From an archaeon (GTDB taxonomy: Archaea > Altiarchaeota > Altiarchaeia > JAFGQM01): 11,939 bases of DNA. The translations under genes were made by a program, and so were the position numbers. Location: assembly GCA_029932835.1 (NCBI GenBank), contig JAOZPI010000024.1, forward strand, positions 1-11,939. Direction: 5' to 3'. The notes under the pieces are model-generated. The model was not told where the DNA came from and did no database searches. It saw nothing but the letters and a program-made list of their open reading frames with translations. How positions within the stretch are numbered: the stretch's first letter is position 1; every line of letters starts with the position of its first letter. This document shows positions 1 through 6,571 of this stretch, one piece after another.

Positions 1-2317
1 GAACATCCATAGCCTCTACTTCTGTACCCGGATCTATTATCCCCGCCTCATCCAGATGCCGATACGCCTCTTCTCCACGATATCCCTCAACCTCCTCAGA
101 GGGGATCTCTATTTTGTCTTTTTGGCCGCCTGCGTAGCGCTTTTCTTCTATCTCATAGCTTCTGAAAAAGGTAGATATTCCCAATCCCCTCTCAACCGAA
201 GATTGGTTAAAGATGAGCGCATCTTCTAGGTTGTACCCGTCATAGCTCAACACAGCGACAATGAAGTTCTGACCGCTCGGTAGTTTATCATATTGGGCAA
301 TACGCAGACCCTGTGTAGTGACTAGGGGCTTTTGAGCATAGTGGAGCATATTTGCTCTTGTATCCATGCGAGAAAAGAAATTAGTGGTGTAGTAGCCCAA
401 AGACTGCTTACTCATAGCCGCACCCATAGTGATTCGTGGCGAAGAATTGTACTCTGAATAGGGTATTATAGAGGCACCTACGCCAAGTATCAGAGATGGA
501 TCAAGCTCCAGATGGGTGTGCTCTGGAGTGGCATTCTCCAGATCAATGGCAACATAAGCGTTTTCCTCTTCAAGTGCGTCAATGTATTCCACCTTCCCCT
601 CTTCTACAAACTGTTTTATATCCAGCTCTCCCCTTCGTATCTTTTCAAGGTCTGCGGTGCTTATCAGTGGTTTTCCGTTTTCAAGAATTGCTACAGGCCT
701 TTGAACCCTTCCCTTATCGCAGAATATCTGAATTTCTTTATTGTCCTCAAAGACACCAATGTTCACATCAATCGACAGTTTGCCCTGCCTCCGCAACTCC
801 TTCACACGCTCCGTAACCTTCTTTGGGTTATCTACAAACCCTATGATCTTGCCATTTACCTCAATAACATACTCTCCCTTGCCTCCCGAAAATTCGGAGA
901 GGGCCTCTTCTACCACAACAGGGTCTTGCTCTCGTGTAATACGCGCTGATAGCGCAAGATTCTTGACAAGACCACAGTTCTGACCTTCAGGAGTCTCGCA
1001 CGGACAGAACCTACCCCAATGGGTGCCGTGAAGATCTCTCGCCTCAAAGTGAGGATGGGTCCTCGAGAGGGTTGAGGTCACACGCCTAAGGTGGGCTAAG
1101 ACAGATATATAATTCGTTCTATCCAGTATCTGGGAGATTCCTGTTCTGCCTCCTGGCCAATTTCCAGTAGCCATGGAATACATGACCCTTTTGGTGAAAA
1201 CCTCTGGCCTCACCGCTCTTCTTATATCTATCTTCTTCCTCCTGGCGTAATTTTTTTCCGTCTGGTACTTGATATCCTTTACGAGTGCTGCAAATGCTGT
1301 CCTGAAGAGCTCTTCCATCATGTCTCCTGCGATCTTGAGCCTCTTGTTCATATAGTGGTCCTTATCATCCACCTCCCGCTTCCCCAAATCAATCTCTATG
1401 GCCCTCTTTGCCATTCTAGCCAAAAAGACGCCCTTCTTTTTCCTGGATCCCTCATCATTCCCTATGTGGGGGAGGAGGAACATATCAAGAACCTGTTGCG
1501 CCCTAGCTATTTGTATCTCCTTCCTCTGTCCTACTGCTACCCTAGATCCGATATACTGAAGAGCATCCTCCCCGCTCTGTGCCTTTGAAATCTCCAAGTT
1601 GACCTTTATCTCTGGCTTTTCCTCGTCCTCAAAGAGATCCAGTATCTCGTTGTCTGTCATCCCAAGAGCGTGGAGAACTATGGACAAGGGAAGAATACGC
1701 GGAAGCCCAGGGAAGGATACATAGAGGGACTCACCAGTCCTCATCTCCTTTCTAGTAACTGCTACCCTGCTCCTAAAGCCCTGCCTCGTGGAAAAGACCT
1801 TAACCGTTATGTTGTCCTTACCGGCTACCTCATCTAGAGAGGTGATAATGGTGTTTGGGGCTAGGTCCTCAAGTATGATGACTACCCTCTCTCGGCCATT
1901 GATTATGAAATAACCACCAAAGTCCAATGGGTCCTCCCCCAGTTCAGCCAGCTCCTTTTCACTAAGGCCATTCAGCCAACAGTAATCGCTCTTTATCATA
2001 ATTGGGAATTCCCCGATTACGACATTTTCCGGTGGTCTTTCCACCCCATCAATGATTGGGATTATCTCCAAAACTAGTTTCCCTGCATAAGTCATGTTCC
2101 TCTGACGGGCATCGTTGGGTGTAATGCGATGTACAGTAGAATCAATCTCTTTTGTATCGGGTTTTTTTAGGGAAATGCGGCCGAATTTTATCTGGAGGTT
2201 GGGGATTCTGGTATCAATAATCTCAGTCTCATCTACTATTCCCTGCATTACATTGTTTACGAAGTCATTATACGAATTCAGCTGGTGTTTTATAAGGTCT
2301 TCTCGTGTAAGTTGCAT
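1..2317 (-). CDS. rpoB: DNA-directed RNA polymerase subunit B (Rpo2), N-terminal 772 codons; C-terminal part lies beyond the window start; appears unsplit
   Basis: Minus-strand translation from ATG at 2317 gives MQLTREDLIKHQLNSYNDFVNNV..., then GRERVVIILEDLAPN and the hallmark CPCETPEGQNCGLVKNLAL motif, then ...GVGASIIPYSEHNSSPRITMGAAMSKQ... . The frame stays open to base 1. It is absent from the ORF track because it has no in-window stop. An 8-nt gap separates it from the rpoH stop (TAGgatctacaATG). Confidence 0.9.
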   Translation of the reverse strand, partial: MQLTREDLIKHQLNSYNDFVNNVMQGIVDETEIIDTRIPNLQIKFGRISLKKPDTKEIDSTVHRITPNDARQRNMTYAGKLVLEIIPIIDGVERPPENVVIGEFPIMIKSDYCWLNGLSEKELAELGEDPLDFGGYFIINGRERVVIILEDLAPNTIITSLDEVAGKDNITVKVFSTRQGFRSRVAVTRKEMRTGESLYVSFPGLPRILPLSIVLHALGMTDNEILDLFEDEEKPEIKVNLEISKAQSGEDALQYIGSRVAVGQRKEIQIARAQQVLDMFLLPHIGNDEGSRKKKGVFLARMAKRAIEIDLGKREVDDKDHYMNKRLKIAGDMMEELFRTAFAALVKDIKYQTEKNYARRKKIDIRRAVRPEVFTKRVMYSMATGNWPGGRTGISQILDRTNYISVLAHLRRVTSTLSRTHPHFEARDLHGTHWGRFCPCETPEGQNCGLVKNLALSARITREQDPVVVEEALSEFSGGKGEYVIEVNGKIIGFVDNPKKVTERVKELRRQGKLSIDVNIGVFEDNKEIQIFCDKGRVQRPVAILENGKPLISTADLEKIRRGELDIKQFVEEGKVEYIDALEEENAYVAIDLENATPEHTHLELDPSLILGVGASIIPYSEYNSSPRITMGAAMSKQSLGYYTTNFFSRMDTRANMLHYAQKPLVTTQGLRIAQYDKLPSGQNFIVAVLSYDGYNLEDALIFNQSSVERGLGISTFFRSYEIEEKRYAGGQKDKIEIPSEEVEGYRGEEAYRHLDEAGIIDPGTEVEAMDV

Positions 2318-2325
2318 TGTAGATC

Positions 2326-2556
2326 CTATTCAATAACTACTCTGTAGTAAGTGGTTACCCCTGCAGTAGGGGATTGACGAGTGATCTTTATGATATCCCC
2401 GGGCTTTGCACCCTCTGGAAGTGCAGGATCCGTTTTGTGAATCTTTGGAAGTTTTGATCTATCAACTCCGTATTTCATCAAGAGGTCTCTAGCGCTAGTT
2501 TCATCCAAAATCTCGTGCGGGGGGACTAAAAAATGGGATTGGATGGAAGTCGTCAA
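2326..2556 (-). CDS. rpoH: DNA-directed RNA polymerase subunit H (Rpo5)
   Basis: 76 aa with the RpoH signature HFLVPPHEIL...LLMKYGV...LPKI...DPALPEGAKPGDIIKITRQSPTAGVTTYYRVV. The start codon is TTG (plus 2554-2556 'caa'). It is preceded by GAGGTGA and an in-frame TGA, so no longer ORF is possible. It sits immediately upstream of rpoB, as in the archaeal rpoH-rpoB operon. Confidence 0.85.
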   Translation of the reverse strand: MTTSIQSHFLVPPHEILDETSARDLLMKYGVDRSKLPKIHKTDPALPEGAKPGDIIKITRQSPTAGVTTYYRVVIE

Positions 2557-2598
2557 TTTCTCACCTCAGACACATAGGATCAAATAGGCTCAAAAATG

Positions 2599-2627
2599 CC
2601 TTATTTTAGATGATTTCTAATAAAAAG
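2599..2627 (-). promoter_or_regulatory. putative rpoH-rpoB promoter: two A/T-rich TATA-like elements (minus-strand CTTTTTATTAG and CTAAAATAAGG) about 50-65 nt upstream of the rpoH start, followed by an SD-like GAGGTGA
   Basis: Read directly on the minus strand. The spacing is consistent with a roughly 25-35 nt leader carrying the SD. Confidence 0.35.
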
Positions 2628-2671
2628 CTTTTCGGTAGTAGGATAAGAATGCCCACAGTGGTACAAAAAGG

Positions 2672-2691
2672 GATTACTTCCGATTACTTCC
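2672..2691 (-). repeat. perfect 10-bp tandem duplication (plus GATTACTTCC x2; minus GGAAGTAATC x2) spanning the ndk stop codon
   Basis: Seen directly. One copy encodes ...W-K-TAA, and the second copy follows in the 3' UTR and recreates an in-frame TAA. Confidence 0.8.
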
Positions 2692-3184
2692 AGATCAAAA
2701 CCTCTCTCACCTCGGTCTTTTTGATAACAGGATAGATCCGCTCTACCAGTTCATCTGGCCTAAACCAGAGCTTGATCTCCCTCTCAGCCTCCTTGGGATT
2801 CTCAGAGGCATGAATCACATTCTCATAAACCCCAGAGGTTGTGATCCTTCCATATTTGCCGCGTATAGATATTGGGTCTGCCTCTTCAGGATTGGTATCC
2901 CCGGCAATTCGGCGGACCTTTGCTATCGCATTATCCCCATGATACACCATTGCGAGGACCCTGCGTGTATGGTACTCCCCACAGATGTACTTTATGAGCT
3001 CCTCAAAGAAGGGTTTATCCTTAAGATGCTTATAGTGTTCCTCAGCCAATTCTCGACTAACCCTCACTATCTTGGCTCCAACAATCTTGAGCTCTGTTTC
3101 CGAAAGCTTTGATATTATATTCCCAGTCAGGGACTTGACCAATCCGTCTGGTTTTATCAGCACTAGTGTCTGTTCAATGCCCAT
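2684..3184 (-). CDS. ndk: nucleoside diphosphate kinase
   Basis: 166 aa: TLVLIKPDG...EEHYKHLKDKPFF...GDTNPEEADPISIRGKYG...NVIHASENPKEAEREIKLWF, including the active-site His motif. ATG at 3184. Carries an approximately 20-aa C-terminal extension relative to minimal NDKs. Confidence 0.9.
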   Translation of the reverse strand: MGIEQTLVLIKPDGLVKSLTGNIISKLSETELKIVGAKIVRVSRELAEEHYKHLKDKPFFEELIKYICGEYHTRRVLAMVYHGDNAIAKVRRIAGDTNPEEADPISIRGKYGRITTSGVYENVIHASENPKEAEREIKLWFRPDELVERIYPVIKKTEVREVLIWK

Positions 3185-3190
3185 TTTGGT

Positions 3191-3216
3191 GAAAATTAGA
3201 AAAATAAAAAAGAAAA
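3191..3216 (-). terminator. oligo-T tract (minus-strand TTTTCTTTTTTATTTTTCT) starting 2 nt after the trpA stop: likely the archaeal-type terminator for trpBA, and it probably doubles as the A/T-rich TATA element for ndk (ATG at 3184)
   Basis: The T-run is read directly. Its center is about 21 nt upstream of the ndk ATG. Archaeal terminators are oligo-T runs. Confidence 0.4.
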
Positions 3217-3218
3217 GC

Positions 3219-4040
3219 CTAACTCCGCTCTCTTGTAGCCTCCTTTAGGGATTCTACATACTCAGCAACATTGTCCCATCGATGCGGGACTTGCCCCACT
3301 CTTTTTAGTTTCTCTATGCTCCGTATTCTGTTTATCAGAGCGCTTCCTATGATAACCCCGTCAGCCCCCTGAGCTAGGATCTCACGAACATGCTCTGGCT
3401 TGGAGATGCCGAAACCCACAGCGATAGGAAGGGGGATCACCGAGCGTATTTTGGAGATCGTATTTCGGAGCTGGACAGACAAATCCTCCCGAGCTCCTGT
3501 AATTCCGAGAAGGGATTGAAGGTAGAGGAAACCTCCGGTTATATTAGAAGAAACCAGAGAAAGACGCTCTTTTGTTGTTTGTGGGGAGACGATAAAGATC
3601 AATTGAATTTTCTCCCTCTTGCAAGCGGAGAGGAGAGGGTGGGATTCCTCCGGCGGGAGATCTGGAACTATGAGTGCATCTATTCCTGCCTTTTTGGACT
3701 CTTTGGCAAACCTCTCTAAGCCATACTGGTAGATAAGGTTGTAGTAGGTCATAGAGACCTTCGGAACCCCCCTTATCTTGGAGCAGGTCTCAAAGTAAAG
3801 ATCTGTCGTCATCCCAGATGCAATGGCTCTCTGGCTCGATTCCTGGATTGTGGGACCATCAGCTATCGGATCGGAGAAGGGGAGGCCCAGCTCTAGGATA
3901 TCGCACCCTGCCTCTATGATCCTCTCAGCAACCTCAATGGTCTCCTCAACAGAGGGATAACCGCATGTAAGATAGAGAACGAGAGCACCCTCGCCTGCTG
4001 ATTCCAGTTTTCTAAATTTTCTATCTATCTCAGTTTCCAT
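3219..4040 (-). CDS. trpA: tryptophan synthase alpha subunit
   Basis: METEIDRKFRKLESAGEGALVLYLTCGYP aligns almost residue-for-residue with the E. coli TrpA N-terminus ([28 protein letters not shown]). The catalytic ELGLPFSDPIADGPTIQ motif is present. The track ORF begins at a GTG at 4067, but the ATG at 4040 matches the family N-terminus. It starts 48 nt after the trpB stop. Confidence 0.9.
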   Translation of the reverse strand: METEIDRKFRKLESAGEGALVLYLTCGYPSVEETIEVAERIIEAGCDILELGLPFSDPIADGPTIQESSQRAIASGMTTDLYFETCSKIRGVPKVSMTYYNLIYQYGLERFAKESKKAGIDALIVPDLPPEESHPLLSACKREKIQLIFIVSPQTTKERLSLVSSNITGGFLYLQSLLGITGAREDLSVQLRNTISKIRSVIPLPIAVGFGISKPEHVREILAQGADGVIIGSALINRIRSIEKLKRVGQVPHRWDNVAEYVESLKEATRERS

Positions 4041-4088
4041 TTTGAGAGTTTTGAGCCTACCCCACACGACCCTTTTGGTCTCCTCTGG

Positions 4089-5312
4089 CTACCGCGGGGG
4101 TCTTAGGTTTTCCAGCCTCCTCATTCTCTCAATGTTGTCCATAATAGTATCTATGTCTTTATCTCCCCTACCGGATAAGTTTATTATTATTACATCATTT
4201 TTGTCATATTTGTCTGCATTCTTCAGGGCGTATGCCACTGCATGAGCGCTCTCCAAGGCGGGCAGTATTCCCTCCTTTTCTGATAAAATCTTCACAGCCT
4301 CGAGTGCCTCTTCATCGGTTGCATAGCTGTATTTGGCTCTCTTTAGATCACGCAATAGGGAATGCTCAGGTCCAACTGCAGAATAGTCCAATCCCGCAGA
4401 TATGGAGTGAGTGTTGTAGATCTGCCCGTATTCATCCTGCAAAACAAAGGTGCGAGTTCCGTGGAGAATACCCTTCTTTCCCAGTTTTTTATCTGCAAAC
4501 CTTGCCGCGTGTCTCCCACTCTTGATTCCCTCTCCACCAGCCTCTACACCCACAAGCTCTACCTCAGTGTCTTCTATAAATTCGTAAAAGAGGCCAATGG
4601 CATTACTCCCACCCCCAACACAGGCAATCAAAGCGGTAGGCAGCCTCCCCTCCTGCCTCATTATTTGCTCTCGTGTCTCCCTCCCTATGACAGACTGGAA
4701 GTCCCTGACCATCATTGGGTAGGGATGGGGTCCCAAAACAGAACCAAGGAGATAATGGGTACTTGGAAAGCTTGATACCCAATCCCGCATGGCCTCATTA
4801 ATGGCATCTTTTAGTGTCTTGGAGCCAGATGTAACTGGAATAACATTCGCTCCCAAGAGTTGCATCCTAAAGACATTTAACTCCTGTCGCTTCATATCCA
4901 CAGTTCCCATATAAACATCTGTTTTCAACCCTAGCTTAGCACCTGCAGTCGCAGTGGCAACACCATGCTGTCCAGCTCCAGTCTCAGCTATGAGACGCTT
5001 TTTCCCCATGTACTTGGCCAAGAGACCCTGGCCCAGAGCGTTGTTTATTTTGTGTGCTCCAGTGTGGGCAAGGTCCTCACGCTTTAGGTATATCCTTACT
5101 CCATACTCAGAGGAAAGACGAGAACAGTATGTTAGTGGGGTTGGCCTGCCTGCGTAGTTTTGGAGCAGGTTCTCTAGATCGCTTTTAAAGTGTGGATCTT
5201 CTTTAAATCTCTCGTAGGCATCTTCTAGGTCCTGGATCGCCTCCATCAAGACCTCTGGGATAAAGCGACCGCCATACTCTCCAAACTTCCCTCTTTTGTC
5301 TGGGTAATCCAT
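4089..5312 (-). CDS. trpB: tryptophan synthase beta subunit (TrpB1-type)
   Basis: 407 aa with [13 protein letters not shown], the PLP-lysine motif [14 protein letters not shown], and [17 protein letters not shown]. Length and motifs indicate the operon-type TrpB1. ATG at 5312. Confidence 0.92.
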   Translation of the reverse strand: MDYPDKRGKFGEYGGRFIPEVLMEAIQDLEDAYERFKEDPHFKSDLENLLQNYAGRPTPLTYCSRLSSEYGVRIYLKREDLAHTGAHKINNALGQGLLAKYMGKKRLIAETGAGQHGVATATAGAKLGLKTDVYMGTVDMKRQELNVFRMQLLGANVIPVTSGSKTLKDAINEAMRDWVSSFPSTHYLLGSVLGPHPYPMMVRDFQSVIGRETREQIMRQEGRLPTALIACVGGGSNAIGLFYEFIEDTEVELVGVEAGGEGIKSGRHAARFADKKLGKKGILHGTRTFVLQDEYGQIYNTHSISAGLDYSAVGPEHSLLRDLKRAKYSYATDEEALEAVKILSEKEGILPALESAHAVAYALKNADKYDKNDVIIINLSGRGDKDIDTIMDNIERMRRLENLRPPR

Positions 5313-5332
5313 TATAGTTATTTAGAGGGAGT

Positions 5333-5343
5333 CAGGATATAAA
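5333..5343 (-). promoter_or_regulatory. TATA box (minus-strand CCTTTATATCC) centered about 26 nt upstream of the trpB ATG; implies a leaderless trpBA transcript
   Basis: Position and sequence are read directly. There is no SD between the TATA and the ATG. Confidence 0.45.
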
Positions 5344-5389
5344 GGAGAAATCCAAAAGCAAGAGTAATGCAATGAGGGCGGCATATCCT

Positions 5390-6400
5390 TTATTTTTTCA
5401 TGTCTTTGGCCACTGTTTCTTTATACGCCTTTAGGATATCCTGTAAAAATTTGTCCTTATCTGCACCAAAGTTCTTTGATACTGACTCAGCCAGGCGAGT
5501 TAGTTCCATAGGGAAGATTAGCTTTGTTGCTCTCCCCTCCGCGATTTTCTTCATAGCCTCAAGGTACATATAAGAAAGAGCCGGATTATCCAGTTTGCTA
5601 GCTGCCCTTTGGATAGCATTTATTAGCGCCTCCCTGGCAAATGCCTTCTGCTCTATAACCTGCCTCTCATACTCTGCAGATCGGAGATGGTGCATGCTCT
5701 CTTGAACCTCCCCTGGAAGCGTGATTTCCTGTATCTCCACAGATATCAGATCCACACCCCACTCCTTCTTCAAGCGCTCCCTTTCCCCTGTCAAGAGCTC
5801 ATTTACCTTGGCAATATTGGAAATGACCTCCTCAGCCGTAAGATTCCCCACCGTTTCCCTTGTGATGGACTTCAGAAACGTCAAGATGGCAGTGTTTACA
5901 TCCCTTACCTCCAATACTGCCTTATATGGATCTACAATCTTAGCATATATAACCATATCTAGATATAAACGGATGTTATCCTTGGTTATGGCTTCATAGC
6001 CCAAAAGGTCTATGGTCTTGATTCTGATATCCACTACGTTATAGGTCTCTATGGCGGGGAGGATAAAGGTCCAGCCAGGTCCAGCCACACGATTAAATTT
6101 ACCATATCTTTGTACTACCGCACGCTCATACGTCTCCAAAAACACCACTGATGAGAAGAGAAACACAGAGAGGATAAAGAGCAAGGCTGCAATCATGGCG
6201 GAGATTACAGGAGAGAACTGCCAACTATAGCGGAAGAAGACATAGATAAGAAGGGCAATCAGAGCGGAGACTATAACCTGCTGCATCGTAAGAGGCTTTT
6301 TTTGACCCTGAATGATTATCTTGTTTGCCTCTTTCTTTGCTATCTGGTTTGAATCAACTACAGGCTTTAATTTCACATAGCCGGTTCTTCTGTCGGCCAT
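5390..6400 (-). CDS. SPFH/band-7 (stomatin/prohibitin/HflKC-family) membrane protein
   Basis: After an approximately 40-aa N-terminus come two hydrophobic segments (VIVSALIALLIYVFF, PVISAMIAALLFILSVFLFSSVVF). The SPFH core follows: ETYERAVVQRYGKFNRVAGPGWTFILPAIE...VDIRIKTIDL...ITKDNIRLYLDMVIYAKIVDPYKAV. A charged coiled-coil C-terminus closes the protein. The likely start is the ATG at 6400. The track's GTG at 6445 would translate the promoter region. Confidence 0.8.
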   Translation of the reverse strand: MADRRTGYVKLKPVVDSNQIAKKEANKIIIQGQKKPLTMQQVIVSALIALLIYVFFRYSWQFSPVISAMIAALLFILSVFLFSSVVFLETYERAVVQRYGKFNRVAGPGWTFILPAIETYNVVDIRIKTIDLLGYEAITKDNIRLYLDMVIYAKIVDPYKAVLEVRDVNTAILTFLKSITRETVGNLTAEEVISNIAKVNELLTGERERLKKEWGVDLISVEIQEITLPGEVQESMHHLRSAEYERQVIEQKAFAREALINAIQRAASKLDNPALSYMYLEAMKKIAEGRATKLIFPMELTRLAESVSKNFGADKDKFLQDILKAYKETVAKDMKK

Positions 6401-6420
6401 GTTTAAATTAAATGCTAAAG

Positions 6421-6430
6421 ACTTAAAAAC
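6421..6430 (-). promoter_or_regulatory. TATA box (minus-strand GTTTTTAAGT) centered about 26 nt upstream of the SPFH ATG; leaderless
   Basis: Read directly. Half of the divergent promoter region 6401-6571. Confidence 0.4.
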
Positions 6431-6517
6431 AAAGAGAGAGTGCACCCAGGGTAACCGAGAAGCTGTTGTCGAAGAGGAGTGAAGAGATTGTATGACCTAA
6501 AGGCGAAGGCTGAAGAG

Positions 6518-6528
6518 ATATTTTTATT
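6518..6528 (+). promoter_or_regulatory. TATA-like element (ATATTTTTATT) about 49 nt upstream of the 6572 gene, followed by GGGAAGG (SD-like) at 6552-6558
   Basis: Read directly. The divergent partner of the SPFH promoter. Confidence 0.35.
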
Positions 6529-6571
6529 CATTCAAAAACAAAGATAAAAGAGGGAAGGTTTAAGAAGAGAG

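Noticed and set aside
496-2336. Plus-strand ORFs 496-816, 512-949, 741-983, 1355-1588 and 2115-2336 from the six-frame track
   Set aside because: All lie antisense to the well-supported rpoB reading frame. They are low-complexity (Ser/Leu/Pro-rich) shadow ORFs typical of the pyrimidine-rich complement of purine-loaded genes.
2557-2683. Looked for C/D-box (UGAUGA...CUGA) or H/ACA sRNAs and tRNA-like T-loop motifs (GTTCGAATC-like) in all intergenic gaps: 2557-2683, 5313-5389, 6401-6571, 7958-8010, 8419-8499, 10242-10351, 10580-10635
   Set aside because: No gap contains properly spaced C/D boxes with a terminal stem or any tRNA T-arm consensus. All gaps are 130 nt or shorter and are accounted for by promoter and terminator elements.
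2810-4775. Antisense ORFs inside ndk (2810-3112 +), trpA (3390-3719 +) and trpB (4232-4525 +, 4362-4775 +, 4954-5157 +, 4343-4537 -)
   Set aside because: They are embedded in genes with strong family matches. No start signals or recognisable motifs. These are shadow frames.
6441-6457. Short palindromes GTGCAC and GGTAACC in the divergent promoter region as possible operator sites
   Set aside because: Six- to seven-bp palindromes are expected by chance. There is no extended dyad symmetry or repetition.
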